Source: Candidatus Multivoradales bacterium
GTDB lineage: Bacteria; Acidobacteriota; Thermoanaerobaculia; Multivoradales; Multivoraceae
DNA length: 64,000 bases
Direction of reading: 5' to 3'
Assembly: GCA_965223325.1 (NCBI GenBank)
Contig: CBDCWI010000002.1
Coordinates: 3,616,001 to 3,680,000, forward strand
Below the pieces are notes generated by a model. The model was not told the DNA's origin. It saw nothing but the letters and a program-made list of their open reading frames with translations, and did not search any database. The position numbers and the translations under genes were made by a program. Every line of letters starts with the position of its first letter. Position 1 is the stretch's first letter. This document shows, one piece after another, positions 61,943 to 64,000 of this stretch.

Positions 61943-64000
61943 TTGATCGCGCTTCCCATCGATGCCGCCCTGCCCGAGATCCTCGCCGCGCTCGAGCTTT
62001 CAGGCGACCAGGACGGCAATGGCGACTCCGGCGCCCTCGTGCTGCTCGCGGCACCCGGCGCCGGCAAGACGACGCGCGTTCCGCCGGCGCTTCTCGATCA
62101 CTTGCCGGGAAGGATTCTGGTGGTTGAACCGCGTCGCGTTGCCACTCGTGCAGCGGCGGCACGGGTGGCCTCGGAACGTGGCCAGGAACCGGGCGAGGAG
62201 GTGGGCTACCGCATGCGCTTCGAAACGCGCACCAGTGCGCGAACTCGACTCGAGTTCGTTACCGAGGGTATTGCCATTCAGATCCTGCAGAACGACCCGT
62301 TCCTCGAGGGCTGGGATGCGGTGGTACTCGACGAGTTCCATGAACGACGCCTCAACTCCGATCTTCTTCTGGCAATGGTCGAACGGGTGCGCAGAGAGGC
62401 GCGCCCCGAGCTGCGGCTGGTGGTCATGTCGGCGACGCTCGAGCCCGAGCCGATTGCGGCCTTCGTCGACGGTGCGAAGATCGTGCGGGTGCCAGGTAAG
62501 ACTTATCCGGTCCGAGTCGAGTACCTGGCGCGACCCGATGACAGACGGTTGGAAGCACAGATCGGCGCGGCCGTCGGAAGGGCGCTCCTAGAAACCGACG
62601 GCAGCGTGCTGGTTTTCCTGCCCGGCGTGGGCGAGATTCAGCGGGCAAAAGAGCATCTCCAGGACGCAACCGATGTCCTCGTCCTCCCCTTGTCAGGCGA
62701 CCTCCCGATGGCCGAGCAGCAGCGGGCGCTGGCGCGGAGCGCGCAACCTCGCATTGTTCTGGCCACCAACGTCGCCGAAACTTCGGTGACCGTTGAGGGA
62801 GTCACAGCGGTCGTCGACTCGGGCCTGGCGCGGTCGCTACGCCTCGATCCAGGAACGGGTCTCGATCGACTCGAGCGCGTGCGCATTTCGAAGTCGTCGG
62901 CCGACCAGCGCGCCGGTCGCGCCGGTCGTGAAGCGCCGGGTGTCGCCTACCGGTTGTGGACGGAAGGGGAGCATGCGGCGCTGCGAGCACACGACACCGC
63001 TGAGATCGCTCGCGTCGACCTGACGGCGCCTCTTCTGCAACTCCTCGCCTGGGGCGAAGCGGACCCGGTGGCCTTCCCCTGGTTCGAAGCTCCCGATCGA
63101 GCCCGAGCCGAGCGCGCGGTGGTGCTCCTCACCGATCTCGGTGCCTTCCGGCCCGGCGGAGGGCTCACGCCCCTGGGGCGCCAGATGGCGCGTCTCCCGG
63201 TCCATCCGCGGATCGCGCGGTTCCTCGTTGCCTCTAAGGCACATGACGCCGAACCCGGCTTTCTCGAGCGTGCGACGCGCGTCGCGGCCTTGCTCGAAGA
63301 GCGTGATCCCTTCCGGCGACCGCAAGGAGCGGATCGTCGCGGCACCTCTCTGTCGAGTGTTGCCCCGACACGCTCCGATCTCTACGACCGTCTGCTGGCG
63401 ATCGAGGAACTGGCTGACAAACAGAGGGCGCGGCCGCCACTCCTTGCCGCACGCGGCCGTCAGATCCTGCGGGCTGCCAAGCAACATGCTCGGGCACTTC
63501 GTCGGGTCGAGCCCGAGGGCCTGGAGCGGCTCCGGGATGAAGAGCTGGCCCCGCCGGAGAAAACGACCGAGCCGAGCGTCGCGCAAGATCTCGATTTCTT
63601 CGACCGCGCCCTGGTGCGCAGTTTCCCCGACCGGGTCGCGCGTCGCCGCCGTCACGATCCAGCCCGCGGAGTGCTCGTCGGCGGCCGCGGCGTACGCCTG
63701 TCCCCCGATTGCGGAGTTCGTGATGCACCCCTCTTTCTCTGCCTACGGGTCGGTGGCAGTGGCGGCGAAGGTGTCGTGTACATGGCCTCGGCAGTCAGAG
63801 CCTCCGACCTGCCGCAGCAGGCGCTCGACACGCGACGGATCGCGCTTTGGGACAGCGAAGGTGGTCGCGCTCGGGCCTTCGAGAGGCAGCTCTTTCATGA
63901 CCTGGTGCTCGAGGAGCGCGAGGTACCCGTCGAACCGGAGGAAGCCGAAGCACTTCTGCTTGATGTCGCGCGGGCCGATCCCGCCGCAGTTCTGGCGGTT
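61943..64000 (+). CDS. hrpB: ATP-dependent helicase HrpB (runs off the window end)
   Basis: Read manually from TTG 61943: LPID..APGAGKTTRVP, EPRRVA, LDEFHER, MSATL, LATNVAETSVTVEG, QRAGRAGR. Confidence 0.92.
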   Translation, partial: MIALPIDAALPEILAALELSGDQDGNGDSGALVLLAAPGAGKTTRVPPALLDHLPGRILVVEPRRVATRAAAARVASERGQEPGEEVGYRMRFETRTSARTRLEFVTEGIAIQILQNDPFLEGWDAVVLDEFHERRLNSDLLLAMVERVRREARPELRLVVMSATLEPEPIAAFVDGAKIVRVPGKTYPVRVEYLARPDDRRLEAQIGAAVGRALLETDGSVLVFLPGVGEIQRAKEHLQDATDVLVLPLSGDLPMAEQQRALARSAQPRIVLATNVAETSVTVEGVTAVVDSGLARSLRLDPGTGLDRLERVRISKSSADQRAGRAGREAPGVAYRLWTEGEHAALRAHDTAEIARVDLTAPLLQLLAWGEADPVAFPWFEAPDRARAERAVVLLTDLGAFRPGGGLTPLGRQMARLPVHPRIARFLVASKAHDAEPGFLERATRVAALLEERDPFRRPQGADRRGTSLSSVAPTRSDLYDRLLAIEELADKQRARPPLLAARGRQILRAAKQHARALRRVEPEGLERLRDEELAPPEKTTEPSVAQDLDFFDRALVRSFPDRVARRRRHDPARGVLVGGRGVRLSPDCGVRDAPLFLCLRVGGSGGEGVVYMASAVRASDLPQQALDTRRIALWDSEGGRARAFERQLFHDLVLEEREVPVEPEEAEALLLDVARADPAAVLAV

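Overview
High-GC bacterial chromosome segment. Gene families such as the Hfq-like Sm protein, CRTAC1/ASPIC-UnbV, the multiheme-TPR protein and an FxDxFE C-terminal tag suggest Acidobacteriota, possibly Thermoanaerobaculia (inference only). Mostly housekeeping: an Rrf2-led sufBCDSU(T) operon with a visible promoter/operator, purD, PSP1/RicT-like, Hfq-like, pdxA, a glycosyltransferase cluster, serS, a TDC-like PLP decarboxylase, tkt, HtrA, PGI, CysK/CBS, clpS, Fe3+-type ABC, MFS, a YknWXYZ-like ABC exporter, FtsB-like and truncated hrpB. Four tRNAs: Ser-TGA, Ser-GCT, Gln-CTG, fMet. Most unusual signals: (1) a ~95-98 bp hairpin element behind both tRNA-Ser genes, each copy carrying the 3' end of its own host tRNA (4 tandem copies at one locus, 1 at the other); (2) a ~266 bp tandem array after sufT with one left and four right copies of an 18 bp inverted repeat; (3) a TraB/PrgY-like, XRE-HTH (palindrome over its promoter), TPR and secreted repeat protein cluster resembling a split RRNPP-type peptide-sensing module; (4) a small decaying islet at tRNA-Ser(TGA) with a split subtilase, an IPTL-CTERM-like protein and an IS3 remnant. 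No CRISPR array or rRNA seen. All family assignments come from motif recognition by eye, not from database searches.
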